DNA from: Tubulanus polymorphus
Lineage: Eukaryota > Animalia > Nemertea
Assembly: GCF_964204645.1 (NCBI RefSeq)
Contig: NC_134030.1
Coordinates: 19,242,210 to 19,306,209, forward strand
Reading direction: 5' to 3'
DNA length: 64,000 bases
In this document: positions 11,801 through 24,709 of the stretch, piece after piece
How the letters are laid out: every line of letters starts with the position of its first letter
Position numbering within the stretch: the first letter of the stretch is position 1
Translations under genes and position numbers: made by a program
The notes under the pieces: model-generated
Told to the model about the DNA's origin: nothing
Database searches by the model: none
The model's input: only the letters and a program-made list of their open reading frames with translations

Positions 11801-14800
11801 CCACAATACGGCGCTTATACAGTCATTTACGTTCACACTACGAGTCGGCAATTCGGCGCTTAGTAAGCCCGGTATAGTAGTCACCCGGTGTGCCGATAGA
11901 GGGGAGTGTACTTAGTGGTTAGTGTTTTGTACTACGCAAATGTGAATACGCGGCTAGCTAAGCGCCTAATCTGCGTTCACACTACATAAAATAGGCGGAC
12001 AGCTCAGTGCCGTACTGAGATCAGGTTTTCGGCGCGGAATCAAGCCGCGTATTTCAGTACGGAACTGAATAAGCCGTGAATAGGTCCCGAATAATTTCCT
12101 AGTGTGAACGCTTAGTACCGTACTGAAATCCTAGTGTGAACGCAGCTTTTGTCTGAAACCAATCCCTCTTCAAAGCATTCAACATTAGGTAGCGTGCTGA
12201 TAAGATATCTTGGAATTGGGAGCTGCCGATGCTACTGTGGCAAGCAAGGATTTGCCAGGTTCGATAGTAGAAACTCGGTCATCCATGTTCAATTTCTCCT
12301 ATATTTCAGTTAAAGTTGAATGGACTTTTCTCTTGAATAAATTAATCTTCAATGAAAACTAAACCTATCACTGGGTAGAAAATTGAATTTGATGTAAGCC
12401 TTTATATATCATGGTTCTTGTGAAAATCTATGCATTCAGAATGCTGAAAATACAGTTTAAAGTTGATTGAAGGTGAACTTATTTTGACGACGTAAAACTG
12501 TTCGTCAGCCGTTTGTCGGGATGACTGGCGTTGCACAGCTCCCCATTGTCGTGCGTGAAATCCTGAACACATCGGAGCCTTAGAACTACAGTCGAGAAAG
12601 TGAACTCCCAATTTAAGTCCGAATAGTTGTGGTAATATATTATTATTTCATTGCAGAATTAAAGATGCAGAGATCACGGAATACGGCGACCCGGCTTGTT
12701 CGGTGTGGAGAAGATACAGCGAATTCGAATTGCTGCGAAATTATCTCGACATCGTCTATCCTGCGGTCATCATTCCACCTCTTCCGGAAAAACGCGTGAG
12801 TTTGAAAAAAAGGATGAGCACATTAAGAGTCAGTAAGATCAACGATATCCGTGATGAAAAACGATAAATCTAAGATCCTACAATTGTTGAAAGACTAGAA
12901 AGTTTATTTGAATAGGGCCTAGTGCTTTTCGGGGGCGAATCAAGACTGGGGCACAGCCCGTCCTCCCTCGGCAGGGATTCGAACCTGATTGCTTGGAGAC
13001 TCGTCATCGTACAAAACCCTGTCGTACTAGCCCACAGGTACACATGTAGCTTAGATGATGTCATTACTAGCCAATCAGATGTCTTTTTATTCTAACCCAG
13101 GTTTTTCCATGCGTAGTTATCCATGAAATTTGCCTTAGTGGTTATACAACAAGCAATTTTTTTTTTATTTCTATTTTTTTAACACCCTCAACCCGCTAAG
13201 CGCCACGCAGGGTATTAAAAGCGGGTTCGGTGTTTCTTTTTCCCGATGGGCGAGAGACCAGAGAAGAACCTTCGACCGAGATACTCTGTCGCCACCAGGG
13301 TTTGAACCCATAAACCCTGGATTGACGAGACCAGTGACTGGCGGCTTAAACCAACTCGGCCACTGCGCCTCTCCACCTGCGCTGGTATACAACAAGCAAT
13401 CTGATTGGTGCCGCAAGTTTTTTGCAGTTAACCTGCGCGCCTGGTCTAGCGTGGCAGGCGTTCGTATTGGAATGAGTCTGTCAATGCCATCAGGTTCGAG
13501 TCTCAGCCGGGCAGGACGGTTTGCCTCGGTTGTATTTTTCTTGTGACCTCTTTAAAATTCAAAAGCTAATTTTTAGGCCTTTTTACTGCTGAAACTGAAG
13601 CTGAACTGAAAGTGTCTTGAAATTGTATGAAGATGCACTGAAATTTGCTCTTTTTCAGTGGACCTACAATATGTCGTTTTCATTTCTTTGTGCTCTTGTC
13701 AAATTCTGCCCCTGAATCCACTATTTGTGTCAAGTTTTGATGATTCATTACCAGTTACTTTAGAGTAACAAGTAGTCAGCACTGAAAGGGTTGATAACTA
13801 TTGTCTAACACCGGTTGGCTACATGACGCTTTAGTTTATTTATTGTACTTCAATTTTCAGGCCGCATCAATGAACACTACAACTCTGGTAACTAATAATG
13901 ATGCCAATAGATCATTCATAAAATCCAGAAATTTTAGAACAATAATATTGTCGATATAATTTTCGAGGAAGAAATTTTCGAGAGAGTCTCTTGATCACTA
14001 ATGCGGTGGATTTTTTTTTCGAATCAAAGCACATTTTCCTATATCAATCAATATGGATGAAGAAGTTGGAAGTTCTTTATTTACGAAAAAGAAAACAATT
14101 TGTTGAATTTTATAAACCAAGTATTGATTTATAGATATTGTCATATCCTGTCAATGACATCAGCACTTTTTATGCATTATGCGGGTAGCAATCGGCAGTG
14201 TGGCCTACACCCCTTACACTTTCGATACCTGTTCACCATTCTTCCAATTATCGTAACTTCACCCGAGACATTTTTAATGAAACTGAACTACAAACACCCA
14301 GACATCATTACATATTTTGTTCATGTTTAAGGAACTGATTATCCCTGGCAGGCTTTGCATGCCAAGCAACAATAGTGAGTGTCACGAAGGGGTTGATTTC
14401 AGACTGCTGATAGACTTGGAGAAATTTAGCATAAAATTTTAACTGATATATGAATGAAAAATTGACACCGATCTATTAGTGGTACAGCGTTTATAGAAGA
14501 ATACATAAATTCATAACACATTTGGCATTCCTCGACTTTCATTTTCTGTTTGCATCACAGACCTGATTACAACTGCCACTTGAGGGTAGTTACTACTGTT
14601 TCTAAGAGCTTTATTATTTCCAAATTCATCAAAATACTGTCAAACTAATATTTTGGGATTCACATTTTGGCTACAGAATGCAATAGGGATGTAGGCCTAC
14701 GACCAACTAGTTCCCACCACAATTAAAGAACAATGCGCATTTTCCTCCAGAACGCTTCTAACCAAAGTTTTGTGCAATTTTTTTTTTTCCGTAACACTTA

Positions 14801-16983
14801 TATTGGACAAATATCGAACGTTCAAAATGAAAGGAAAAACTAATTTTGATTTCAACCGTTTTCTGATCATGGCCCTATTGTAGGCTCAAAACTGAACTAT
14901 TAATATTTCCAGGCCATACCCTTTTTAATTCTTCTGAAACTTCGATTCATCGAATGATTGCTAATGAATGCTGAATATTTTCTTTACAATGCTTATCAAA
15001 ATTATGTTAATCTTTCTCCCCCCCCTCCCCGAGCCCTACCCCTGCCTACCCACTTCGATTTTAGTACGATACAAAACTTCGATTTTGGTATAATTTTGTA
15101 TGAATTTGAACCATTTTTGAAAACCTTTTCCTTCTGCATGTGGTGGGTTGTGGACAACTTTTGTCGTTCGTTGAAAAGTATGGTTTCTTGTTCTCCTAGT
15201 TGAAAACTGGTCGTGGTTATTTTGTGGCATTTTAGACGCGCAAATGGAAACCGGCATGCCAGCGTTCCTGCCAGATGTCGCCGCTGAGATTTCAGATGAA
15301 CTCGATCGAAATTAATTCATTTCTGATTAACCTCAGTTTTCTCGTAAATCGTGCTTAGAATTTGAAAAATTGGGGTTAGATTTTAATCGAGTTTTGAGAC
15401 GAAATACAGCGTCGACGTTGCACTGTACACTTAAGCGAACCTGGCAGATTTATGGTGGAATTTCGCTTACCACAGTAGCGTTGCCGGTACCCCATCAGGT
15501 GAGGTGGGAACCACGAATGCTTATAACCAGCTGGTTCGTTTGCACCCGCGTCAATGCATATTTGCCAAAGTCCATCATAGTTGTTTTGGGGGCGCTTCTT
15601 TTGAAATGCTCCGACCGATGCTCTCGCGAGACCGTTTTTTCATTGTCGATCGGCTTTCATTTGTTGTATTTATTTTTAGATGTCCTACGCGAGACAGAAT
15701 GTGTCAACCGATCGTTTTGATACCGACTACATTGAACGCCGTAGAGCAGGATTAGAGGTAGGCTACGTTTAAACAGTTAACGTTTGTCCGAAAAGCCTCT
15801 CTGATATGCCTCTGATTTCTTACTTTGTTAGGCTATTGGAGAGTTCAGACATTTTTTTGAAAAATTCAACTGCGTTGTGGTCTACAGTAATAGTAATTTG
15901 ATTAAGCGCCCTTTTAACTGACACAACGTTCAATGGCACTTATAATAATATAATAATAATAATATGTGTCTTATATAGCGCTAAATCCAGCCAGGCTGCT
16001 CAGAGCGCTTTACATTTTTCGGTATTATTACCCTGGCCAATTTTATACTCTAACATGTATCAGTCATCTCTCCCTGGGGAGAAGTAACACCGAGCTGATA
16101 ACAAACGCTCAGGAGTCATCTATCAGGCCAGGTACCCATTTACTCCTAGGTGGAGAGAGGCAATGAGGATTTACTCCTGGGTGGAGAGAGGCAATGAGGA
16201 TAAGTGTCTTGCCCGAGGACACTACGGCAATGTACGGGGTTCGAATCCACGACCTGGCTTCCCAGAGTCGAACGCTCTAACCGCTCGGCCACACCGCTCC
16301 ACTTTCCATTAAACTGGTATTATAACTCCCAGCCTATGACTTTATCCCATGTGTCCTCATCCGATCAGCTACTGGGCACCCATGAGTCATCTTACAGACC
16401 AGGTACCGATTTATTGCTGGGTGGAAAGAGACAATGAGGAAAATTGCCTTGCCTGGTGTGGCAATTTACAGGGTTCGACCCAATAACCTGGCTTCCCGGG
16501 GCCAAACGCTCTAACCCCTCGCCCATACTGCTCACTCAATGTATATGGATAAACAATCATAATTGATGCAACATGTCGTGGGGTGAACACAGTTGAAGAT
16601 GGCTAAATTATACACCGCACTGTAGCGGAGCGGTCTAATCTAAATATCTAAACTTCATTTGCCCATTACAAATCAATTTCCTATTTCAGACATTTTTGTT
16701 GAGATGCGCAGCTCACTCTGAACTCGGTCACGACAAGATATTGGTAGTTTTCTTGCGGCAGGTTAGTTGAATCGGTGTCACTATTAAATTGCTTCTAATA
16801 TTTGAAATGTTTCAGAAGCAACACAGTCGTCTCACTGAGGAGTGAATTGCTAAATACCCTGGCTGTGTAGGGTTCTTATCTCTTGAGGGAGGGGCGTGGC
16901 AGAGTCTTATGATATCATCAGGTTTATATCGTTGTACTTGTAGTAGGAACGTAGAAACCGAGGAACATAGCAGAGCCTGACGA

Positions 16984-17037
<54 letters not shown>

Positions 17038-20000
17038 ATTTAGTGCTCCGTACTTGGTAAAAATACATGCTCCAAAGCACTTACAGCATATTAAATGACA
17101 GTGACTATAATGACTACAGTAAGTTAAACGGGACTTCGAAATCCTGGAAAATCCTACGAAAATGCCCCCGCAAAGGAGAAAGGGGAATTTTTATGATGTT
17201 GTCATGTTCAAATCCCTGCAAGCGATGAATGTGTTGTCTGAGTCTCAGGATTGTCATCAAGTTCAAATCCGTCCGAAGATGTGGCAAAATTTCTAATCTA
17301 TTAACCCTTTCAGTGCGTCTACACCGCAGTACGGTGTACGAATCACTGATGGATTTTGCTAGTATACCGCACTGCAGTGTATTGATTTAATTAGTAATTA
17401 CTAATTATCTCTCTTGAAAGATAGCAGCACCTGTCAAACATGGTGAAATATTAGTAACTTACGATATACCATGCCAGGGTGTTGATGCACTATAGTGGTA
17501 TTCCTGTTATTCAACACACTAGGGTGAAATTTATTAGAATTTTCAAATTATCTTCAGCACTATAGGGTATTAATTAGCCAGCACTGAAAGGGTTAACCCT
17601 GTTTCATTTAGAAAGGCAACGTGACAAAGTTTCTAGCACAATTTCTGTTCGATGATTTTTTAGGAAGACGGTTGGAAGGACGTTCTCTATTCGACCGGTT
17701 ATCAAATGAAAGCGGATTCGTTGTTGAGCAGATTGAGCGCCGGATACCGAATCCGACGACCCGATCGACGCATCGAAGAACTGAAGAACTACAGCTCGGA
17801 TTTACAGTCGAACATTAGCAACATATTGAAAATGAGAGCGGTGAGTTCGACTGAGTGATTAGGAGGGCTAGTGAGGCGCAGTGGTCGAGTGGTTCGACAG
17901 AGCGATTAGGAGGATAGGAGGGCTAGTGAGGCGCAGTGGTCGAGTGGTTCGACTGAGCAATTGGGAGGGCTAGTGAGGCGCAGTGGTCGAGTGGTTCGAC
18001 TGAGCGATTAGGAGGGCTAGTGAGGCGCAGGTGGTCGAGTGGTTTAAGCCGCAGGTCACTGGTCTCATCTATCCCGGGTTTATGGGTTCAAACCCTCGTG
18101 GTGACAGAGTTTCTTGGTCGAAGGTTCTTCTCTGGTCTCTCCCTCATTGGGAAAAAGAAAGATTGAACTCACTTATAATTCCCTGCGTGGCGCTTAGCGG
18201 GTTGAGGATGTTAAGAAAAAAAATTAGGAGGGCTAGGGGTCTATAATTAATCGATTTCTCCTATAAAACCCAAAGCTGCCACCGTTCTGATTTTTCCGGA
18301 ACTGTTCTGTAAAACGGTGTGAAAATACGGCGTTCTGTTTTTAGGAAATTATTACAGATTTTTATTGAAAAGAATACTGAAAAAATTTCATAAGTCGCCG
18401 AAAAACTTTTATTGCATCGTTCTGTCTTCAATCTCGCAGAATCCCTCTTGTCAACTCTAATTATACTCTCGATATGACACTGTACTATGCGTCATCTGTA
18501 TAAAGATGATGATGGCGCATTTATACAATTTCAGAAGTCGGGAGACAAAAATTTTGTTCCACGTTATTTACCCTAATACTGATTTTTAAGACCTCATAAT
18601 TGATTTGAAAATATATTCTGATTTGAAGATGTCTCCTGGTTTGAAAATTTGGGACTACTGGAAAAACATTTTGATAAACTTGGACATGTGTTCAGCAAAA
18701 GATAAAATCTAGGTTGGCTGCTCTGCAAACCTGGTTTAACTACATGCCCGTTACGCTGTTTGAAATCATCAAAATGGAGAGATGATCTATCTAATGGCGA
18801 CAATAGGGCCTAATAATTTTTTCGAATGACTTCAAAGGCTTAGCAACTTAGTCTCCTCAAAGTCAAATATGTTTACCTCAAAAAATCATGAATAGTGGCG
18901 GATAAATTCTCACCCAGTGTCACCCAATGCTGCTCTTTGAGGGAACGAAATCGAAAATCCTGTTTCCGTTATCATTTCCAGAAACTCTGTGACAAAGTCT
19001 ATGGTATTCACAAAGTTCACGCAAACTACGGTCGTGTGTTTAGTGAATGGAGCGGCATGGAAAAGGAGATGGGCGATGGTTTACAGAGCGCCGGTCATTT
19101 CTTAGATGTGTAAGTTTTTCAGCTTTCTCTTTCGGCATTTATTACACTATTTGATACTGAAATAACTGTTAGGATCAGAAATATTATTCATGCAGCATTT
19201 GTGGATTGCACTATGTGGATTGCGCTTGATGATAAGTTAGGATCCACCAGTTGCGCGGCAGTGGAGTAATAATGATAATAATGATGATGATAATAATAAT
19301 GATAATGATATGTGTCTAGCACTGAATCCAGCCAGGCTGCTCAGAGCGCTTTACATTTAGGAGTAGGATGGAAATTGCTGTGACAATTAAGAATTGCACT
19401 TGAGGCTAGTGATGATATGCTGCGTTTCATCAGTGTGAAGTTTGACGACTACTGCTGCAATTGAGGATTACTTTTGTAGTGAATGAGCATCCACTAGGAG
19501 TCGCTCAACTTGTGGCAAGTGACGATCAACCAGGTGTCACTAGTGTGCATTTAACTATTGCAGCAGTAGAGGATTCCACTTGTGGCGAGTGCTGATCCAC
19601 TATTCGTCTCTAGCGGCCGCCGTGACATCACATGCTATAGCAATAGAGGATTCCACTTGTGGCGAGTGCTGATCCACTATTCGTCTCTAGCGGCCGCCGT
19701 GACATCACATGCTATAGCAATAGAGGATTCCACTTGTTGCGAGTGCTGATCCACTATTTGTCTCTAGCGGCCACCGTGACATCACATGCTATAGCAATAG
19801 AGGATTCCACTTGTGGCGAGTGCTGATCCACTATTTGTCTCTAGTGGCCACCATGACATCACATGCTATAGCAATAGAGGATTCCACTTGTGACGAGTGC
19901 TGATCCACTATTTGTCTCTAGCGGCCACCGTGACATCACATGCTATAGCAATAGAGGATTCCACTTGTTGCGAGTGCTGATCCACTATTTGTCTCTAGTG

Positions 20001-23000
20001 GCCACCGTGACATCACATGCTATAGCAATAGAGGATTCCACTTGTGGCGAGTGCTGATCCACTATTTGTCTCTAGCGGCCGCCGTGACATCACATGCTAT
20101 AGCAATAGAGGATTCCACTTGTGGCGAGTGCTGATCCACTATTTGTCTCTAGTGGCCACCATGACATCACATGCTATAGCAATAGAGGATTCCACTTGTG
20201 GCAAGTGATGATACACTATTTGTCACCAGTGGCCACCATGACATCACATGCTATAGCAATAGAGGATTCCACTTGTGGCAAGTGATGATACACTATTTGT
20301 CACCAGTGGCCACCATGACATCACATGCTATAGCAATAGAGGATTCCACTTGTGGCAAGTGATGATACACTATTTGTCACCAGTGGCCACTGTGACATCA
20401 CATGCTATAGCAATAGAGGATTCCACTTGTGGCAAGTGATGATACACTATTTGTCACCAGTGGCCACTGTGACATCACATGCTATAGCAATAGAGGATTC
20501 CACTTGTGGCAAGTGATGATACGGTATTTGTCACCAGTGGCCACTGTGACATCGCATACTGTGGCAATAGACGATACCTTTAGTGGCCAGTAGTTTGTGG
20601 TTGATGTAAAAATGCTCAACTATAACCCGTAAGAACCTTGTTCCTAGTATAGTTTCTATTCTACCATACTTTTTTCCCGCATGATAAATGAATAAAACGA
20701 GATGATTTGTATTGTATTCTCTGTAGATACGCTTCGTCGATTGACAGTCTTTTAGAGGATGAAGAACAATTCGCTGATCAGCTGAAAGAATATTACGCTT
20801 ACAGTGATGCTTTGAGGTAGGCGTACAACAACATATAGTTACCCAAATTGGAACTGTTTCTGGTGCAATGGAGTTTTTTGAGATCATGGTTCTGAGAGTA
20901 ACTTTCGGTTAGCTCTTGGAGGTCACAATGGATATACACAGCTGATATTTTGTCATTAGGAGGGAAATAGGTGTTTGAATTGATATGGCAAGTTTCGTCC
21001 ATCAGCTCTAAGCCGTTTGGAAGTACTGGGAAAAAATTTAATGAATTTTTCCCCATTCTATTTATTGGACAGTGAAGGGCTTTCCCAATGATGTCATTCT
21101 CAAAAATACATATTTAGAACATAGTATACATAGTATCTGCTGTGTACTAGTGAGCCATTGGGAAAAGCCTATACCTGTATATCATCTAAGTCGATGATGC
21201 TTACTATACAGTGCACTAAGTTTTCTGGTTAATTGGTCCAGTTGGGACTAGGATTTTTAGATTACCTAATAAGGTAGTTAATAAGGATTTGAGTTCAGTA
21301 TTGTAAAGGAGAGAATTGTGCTTATTAAACCAGTGAATAAATGGTTTACCGAGATAACTGATTTAGGAGGAGTGAGAGTAGTTGGAGTATGAAAGTGATG
21401 TGGACAACTCCTTGACAATTCTTTCTTTTTATTCAGGAATGATTTATCTGTAAGGACCCAGTTCCACGGTTGTGAGTTAAGATTTAACTCCGAGTTAACT
21501 TATCAGAAATGAGTTAACTTTAACTCAAAACTGTGAACCCGGGTCCTGGTGTATACCACAGGAGCATGTTGTTTTTATTCGGAACCACTTGAAAAAATGT
21601 TTCAATAAGGGTTTCGATTTCAATGTTCTTGTGACTTTTATCGATTTGTTTTTTCATTAATACAGGTCAGTTTGTCGTAAACACGAGATTATCGAACTCG
21701 ATCTAGAGAAATTGGAGGATGGCTTGTCGTCGAAAAAGAACCAGAAAAATATGCTTGTGAGTACTATTCCTAAGTTTCGGTATTGCCACTATGGTTTACC
21801 ACCTACAAGTTCTAGTTCCACAATCATTACTACTATGAGATCTCTTAGGCCACACCAAAAGAAAACCCTGTTTTCGTCATTTCAAATAATTATTTTCGAA
21901 ATAAAATAAAATTGCCTATTGACCCTATTTCAAAATTTTGGATGAAATAACTATTTTCAGAAATATATATGTGGCCGACCGACTACAAAGCTCTCCATTC
22001 TCGTAAATATTTTTTCTTTTTCGTGAAATCGTGATGTAAAAATATGATAAAAATATCTTGTTACATCGGATTTAACAATTTTATTCTGGATATGGTACTT
22101 GTGTGCTCAGACAACGTTGCTAATCAGATATTGATGGCGACCTTGGATTGTAAAATTCCAGGAATTCCGTATACAATATATTATACGCCTATTCAAAATT
22201 TTGATGGTTTTCTTTTTATAAACAGTTTCCAAGTGTGAAAAATAATACAAAAACATCAACTTCCCTTTATTATTGTGGTCGTCTAGCAGCTGCTAATCAT
22301 ATTTTTAACTGGAAATTTGGTCCCGTAAAAACTTATTTACGGCAACCTACCCACTGTCAGAAGAATACCCGAAATTTTTTTTTCTATAAAAATGAAAAAA
22401 AATCCCTACCGACCTTCCCATTTTGGTGATTGCCCTGCCCGAGAAACAGGATTTTTTTTGGTGTGGCCTTACTTCCAGTTTCGTGAAAATATCATATTAG
22501 ATATCCTGTGTTTAGTTTTGTGACCATTGTTACTATGGCTTATCCCGTTCTTCTGGTGCTGCAACATTGCTAACATGAAGTATACCATTATTCCAGTTCT
22601 GTGACCATTGCTATCATGAGATATCTCGATCTTTCAGTTCTCAGATCGCAATGACGGTATCTGGTACTTCCAGTGCTGAGACCAGTGCTATTATGAGATA
22701 CATGTATATCATATTTTCCAGTTCCGTGACCATTGCTTCTATAAGATATCTCGATCTTCCAGTTTTGAGATCATTAATACTATATACTCGCACTTCCATT
22801 TCTGAGAACATTGCTACTATGAGATTTACCATGATTCTAGATCAATGACTATGTGACTCCTTTATATCTTGAACTTCCAAATACTGTCGATGGAATGACG
22901 TATCCCTTCCAGTTCTGCAAACTTTGCTTCTATGAAAGAGATAGCCCTCAAACTTACAGACGTGAATGCAGATTTATTTTATATCTACAATAGATATTAA

Positions 23001-24709
23001 TTTGAGACCGTGTGGCAAATAGAAATCCCAACAGAATGCTGAATCTAGCCTAGCCTTATTCGTTTTAACGTTTTTGGATTTTTTTTTATAATGTCTGCCC
23101 AGGTTCAAGGCAAAACGTCATTCTCGCTGAGTGGGATGAAAAGTCGTCTGTTCGGAAGTGATCCACCGGAGGTTCGCGATCAGAAAATAAAACAACTCGA
23201 GGAACAAATTGATCAAACCGAAGCCGAACTGAGACTGGCCAATCAAGAGGCAGAGTAAGTTCATCATTTTTCACTAGGACACACAGGATTTGAACGTGAT
23301 GACATCATGAGACTCTTCCAGGTTCCTCACTGGCAGGGATTTTAACCTTCGTGGCACTGAAAATCTATTAAATTTCTGCCTTCGAAGCTCATGATATCTT
23401 GATACTTTGCGAGTTCCTTGCTTTGAGACTGCCACGCTCCATGTTTTAACTGTATGACATCATCGTGGGGCTTTGCGACATACCTCCCTCGCAGTGGGTT
23501 TGATTCTGACGGTAACATGGCCGCCGAAATCGGTATCGAGGTAAGCTCCTCATGAATATTTGCCTTGACGTTTCAGAAAATTTTTGGAAGATGCCCTCAA
23601 TGATATCGACCGATTCAAAAAACAAAAAGTTTCCGATTTGAAGGATGCATTTACTAATTACGCAGTGATGCAAATTGAAAGATGCAAAAAGGTAATCAAC
23701 AGCTATTATTTCTATGACTGAAACTTTATAAAGTCCCACTACCGAATGATAATACACTCAAACTAGCTTAACTTGGGACAAACTGGGACTGGTGAAATTG
23801 GTCAGAGGTAAGAAGTCTGGTGAAAGACGGATAGAAAAAATAGATTGGAAGTCACAAAAATGATTGTTTTCAATGTCTGAGTTAGTCAATAGTTTGAGAG
23901 TCAATTAACAGCAGTCCGAGTAAGGCGACTTACCCCTTTCAGTGCGTCTACACCGCAGTGCGGTGTATAATTCGGTGATAGGTTTTGCTAGTACACCGCA
24001 CTGCGGTGTATTGATGTAATTAGTAATTATCTCTCTTGAAAAATGGCAGCACCTGTTAAACTTAGAGAAATATTAGTAAATAACGATACATCGCACCGCG
24101 GTGTAGACGCATTATAGCGATATTCCCGTTGTTCAACATACGAGGGTGGAATTTTTCAAAATTTTCAAATAATCTCCAGCACTATAGGGTATTGCTTAGT
24201 CAGCACTGAAAGGGTTAAACTGATGCCAACAATACCAATCTGTCCATTGGGTTGATGATATATTGTTGACTATATTTCTCTGGACAATAAATGATTCCGG
24301 TCGTGTCCTGGCATCGTAATCGTGTAGTTTTACTTATCTACTTTGCCCTAACTTTTCTGTTGAGTGATTCCTGCGTTGTATATTAATATGTCAATATTTA
24401 CAGCAGTCAAAGTACGTGTAAGTGTTATAGGTCGAAACCTTCAGCAAACTTCTAAGTTGGATTTAACTAAGTTGGATTTCGTGCTTTCCATAGCCTTCAT
24501 ATGGATACGAAATATTCATTCAGCCGTTACATGTATAACTATGCCGAATTATCCTTCTTTCCATATATCTATTAGAATGTAAATTATGTTTTAGACACAA
24601 TTTTAATCGACTCTACTATCGAAAATAAAGCCCAGTAATGAATTGTATATTCATATTTCAGGGGATAGCTGTTTGGCAAAACACGAAGGAATGTTTTGCC
24701 AATATGTGA
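8853..24709 (+). CDS. SNX4: Sorting nexin 4 (PX-BAR), 12 coding exons, 439 aa
   Basis: Exons 8853-8972, 11607-11716, 12657-12795, 15680-15757, 16690-16761, 17664-17840, 18982-19109, 20727-20816, 21666-21756, 23103-23254, 23577-23691, 24662-24709; all GT-AG, phases consistent, total 1320 nt. Motifs MQETYMVYLIETR, VWRRYSEFELLRNYL..YP..IIPPLPEKR, IERRRAGLE, VYGIHKVHANYGRVFSEWSGMEKEMGDGLQSAGH, YASSID..LEDEEQFADQLKEY and C-terminal GIAVWQNTKECFANM* match SNX4 as recalled. Exon 1 is the least certain. Confidence 0.95.
9044..9754. mobile_element. Foldback/MITE with ~280-bp near-perfect inverted arms, SNX4 intron 1
   Basis: 9044-~9328 is the reverse complement of ~9472-9754 (gcttgtaaactggcttgg...ccaagccagtttacaagc) around a ~145-bp spacer. 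Confidence 0.9.
9756..10147. mobile_element. MITE with TIR GTGGCTACTCGTACGGACCCGTACG, containing a tRNA-like segment
   Basis: 25-bp terminal inverted repeats; internal tRNA-like A/B boxes at 9927-10000 (minus strand) and a ccctaaccct tract. Confidence 0.8.
10267..10480. mobile_element. Mutator-like MITE
   Basis: TIR GGTAAAAGTGCAGATC(C/T)GCACCTCTC; perfect 9-bp target-site duplication CAAATCCAG (10258-10266, 10481-10489). Confidence 0.85.
10929..11220. mobile_element. Non-autonomous DNA element with CAGGGGCGGAT TIRs (copy 1)
   Basis: Terminal CAGGGGCGGAT...ATCCGCCCCTG, flanked by CCTAG on both sides; highly similar copy at 25589-25878. Confidence 0.85.
11740..12147. mobile_element. MITE, PIF/Harbinger-like termini
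   Basis: agccgcgttcacattag ... ctagtgtgaacgcagct inverted termini, with internal gttcacacta/gtgtgaac subrepeats; starts 24 bp into SNX4 intron 2. Confidence 0.7.
13158..13385 (-). mobile_element. tRNA-derived SINE, family 1
   Basis: Head with A box (gtggccgagttgg) and B box (ggttcaaacc), A-rich tail, 15-bp TSD TATACAACAAGCAAT (13143-13157, 13386-13400); second copy at ~18021-18222. Confidence 0.9.
15943..16299 (-). mobile_element. tRNA-derived SINE, family 2, with CORE/Nin-like central domain and (TAT)n tail
   Basis: Minus strand: gtggccgagcggttagagcg...gattcgaacccc head; gtgtcctcgggcaagacactt and ccacccaggagtaaat..gggtacc body; aagcgctctgag...agcgctatataag-(tat)n tail. Degenerate copy at ~16370-16535 and 3' fragment at ~19265-19357. 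Confidence 0.85.
16986..17033. repeat. (TAT)n microsatellite
   Basis: About 15-16 perfect TAT units. Confidence 0.95.
17305..17592. mobile_element. piggyBac-type MITE (copy 1)
   Basis: TTAA|CCCTTTCAGTGC ... GCACTGAAAGGG|TTAA. Confidence 0.9.
17845..18040 (+). repeat. Minisatellite, ~47-bp unit x4, made of SINE 5' junction sequence
   Basis: Unit gttcgactgagcgattaggagggctagtgaggcgcagtggtcgagtg. Confidence 0.9.
18021..18222 (+). mobile_element. tRNA-derived SINE, family 1 (copy 2)
   Basis: Homologous to 13158-13385; TSD ATTAGGAGGGCTAG before the head and after the A tail. Confidence 0.9.
19490..20590. repeat. 77-bp minisatellite, ~13 units plus degenerate ends (SNX4 intron 7)
   Basis: gattccac recurs at 19572, 19649 ... 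20496 (period 77). Confidence 0.95.
21453..21547. mobile_element. Small palindromic MITE (~95 bp)
   Basis: aggacccagttccacggttgtgagttaa ... ttaactcaaaactgtgaacccgggtcct. Confidence 0.7.
21848..22468. mobile_element. MITE with GGCCACACCAAAA TIRs and TTA target duplication (PIF/Harbinger-like)
   Basis: tta|ggccacaccaaaagaaaaccctgttt ... aaacaggatttttttttggtgtggcc|tta. Confidence 0.8.
22472..22935. repeat. Degenerate ~40-45-bp tandem repeat
   Basis: Recurrent ttccagttc(t/c)gtgaccattgcta..atgagatat; similar units at 21765-21845 on the other side of the MITE. Confidence 0.7.
23934..24214. mobile_element. piggyBac-type MITE (copy 2)
   Basis: Homologous to 17305-17592; ttac|ccctttcagtgc...gcactgaaaggg|ttaa. 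A terminal fragment also lies near 13775-13793. Confidence 0.9.

Noticed and set aside
19490-20590. CRISPR-like array
   Set aside because: Units are contiguous 77-bp repeats with no unique spacers, no cas genes, and a eukaryotic intron context.
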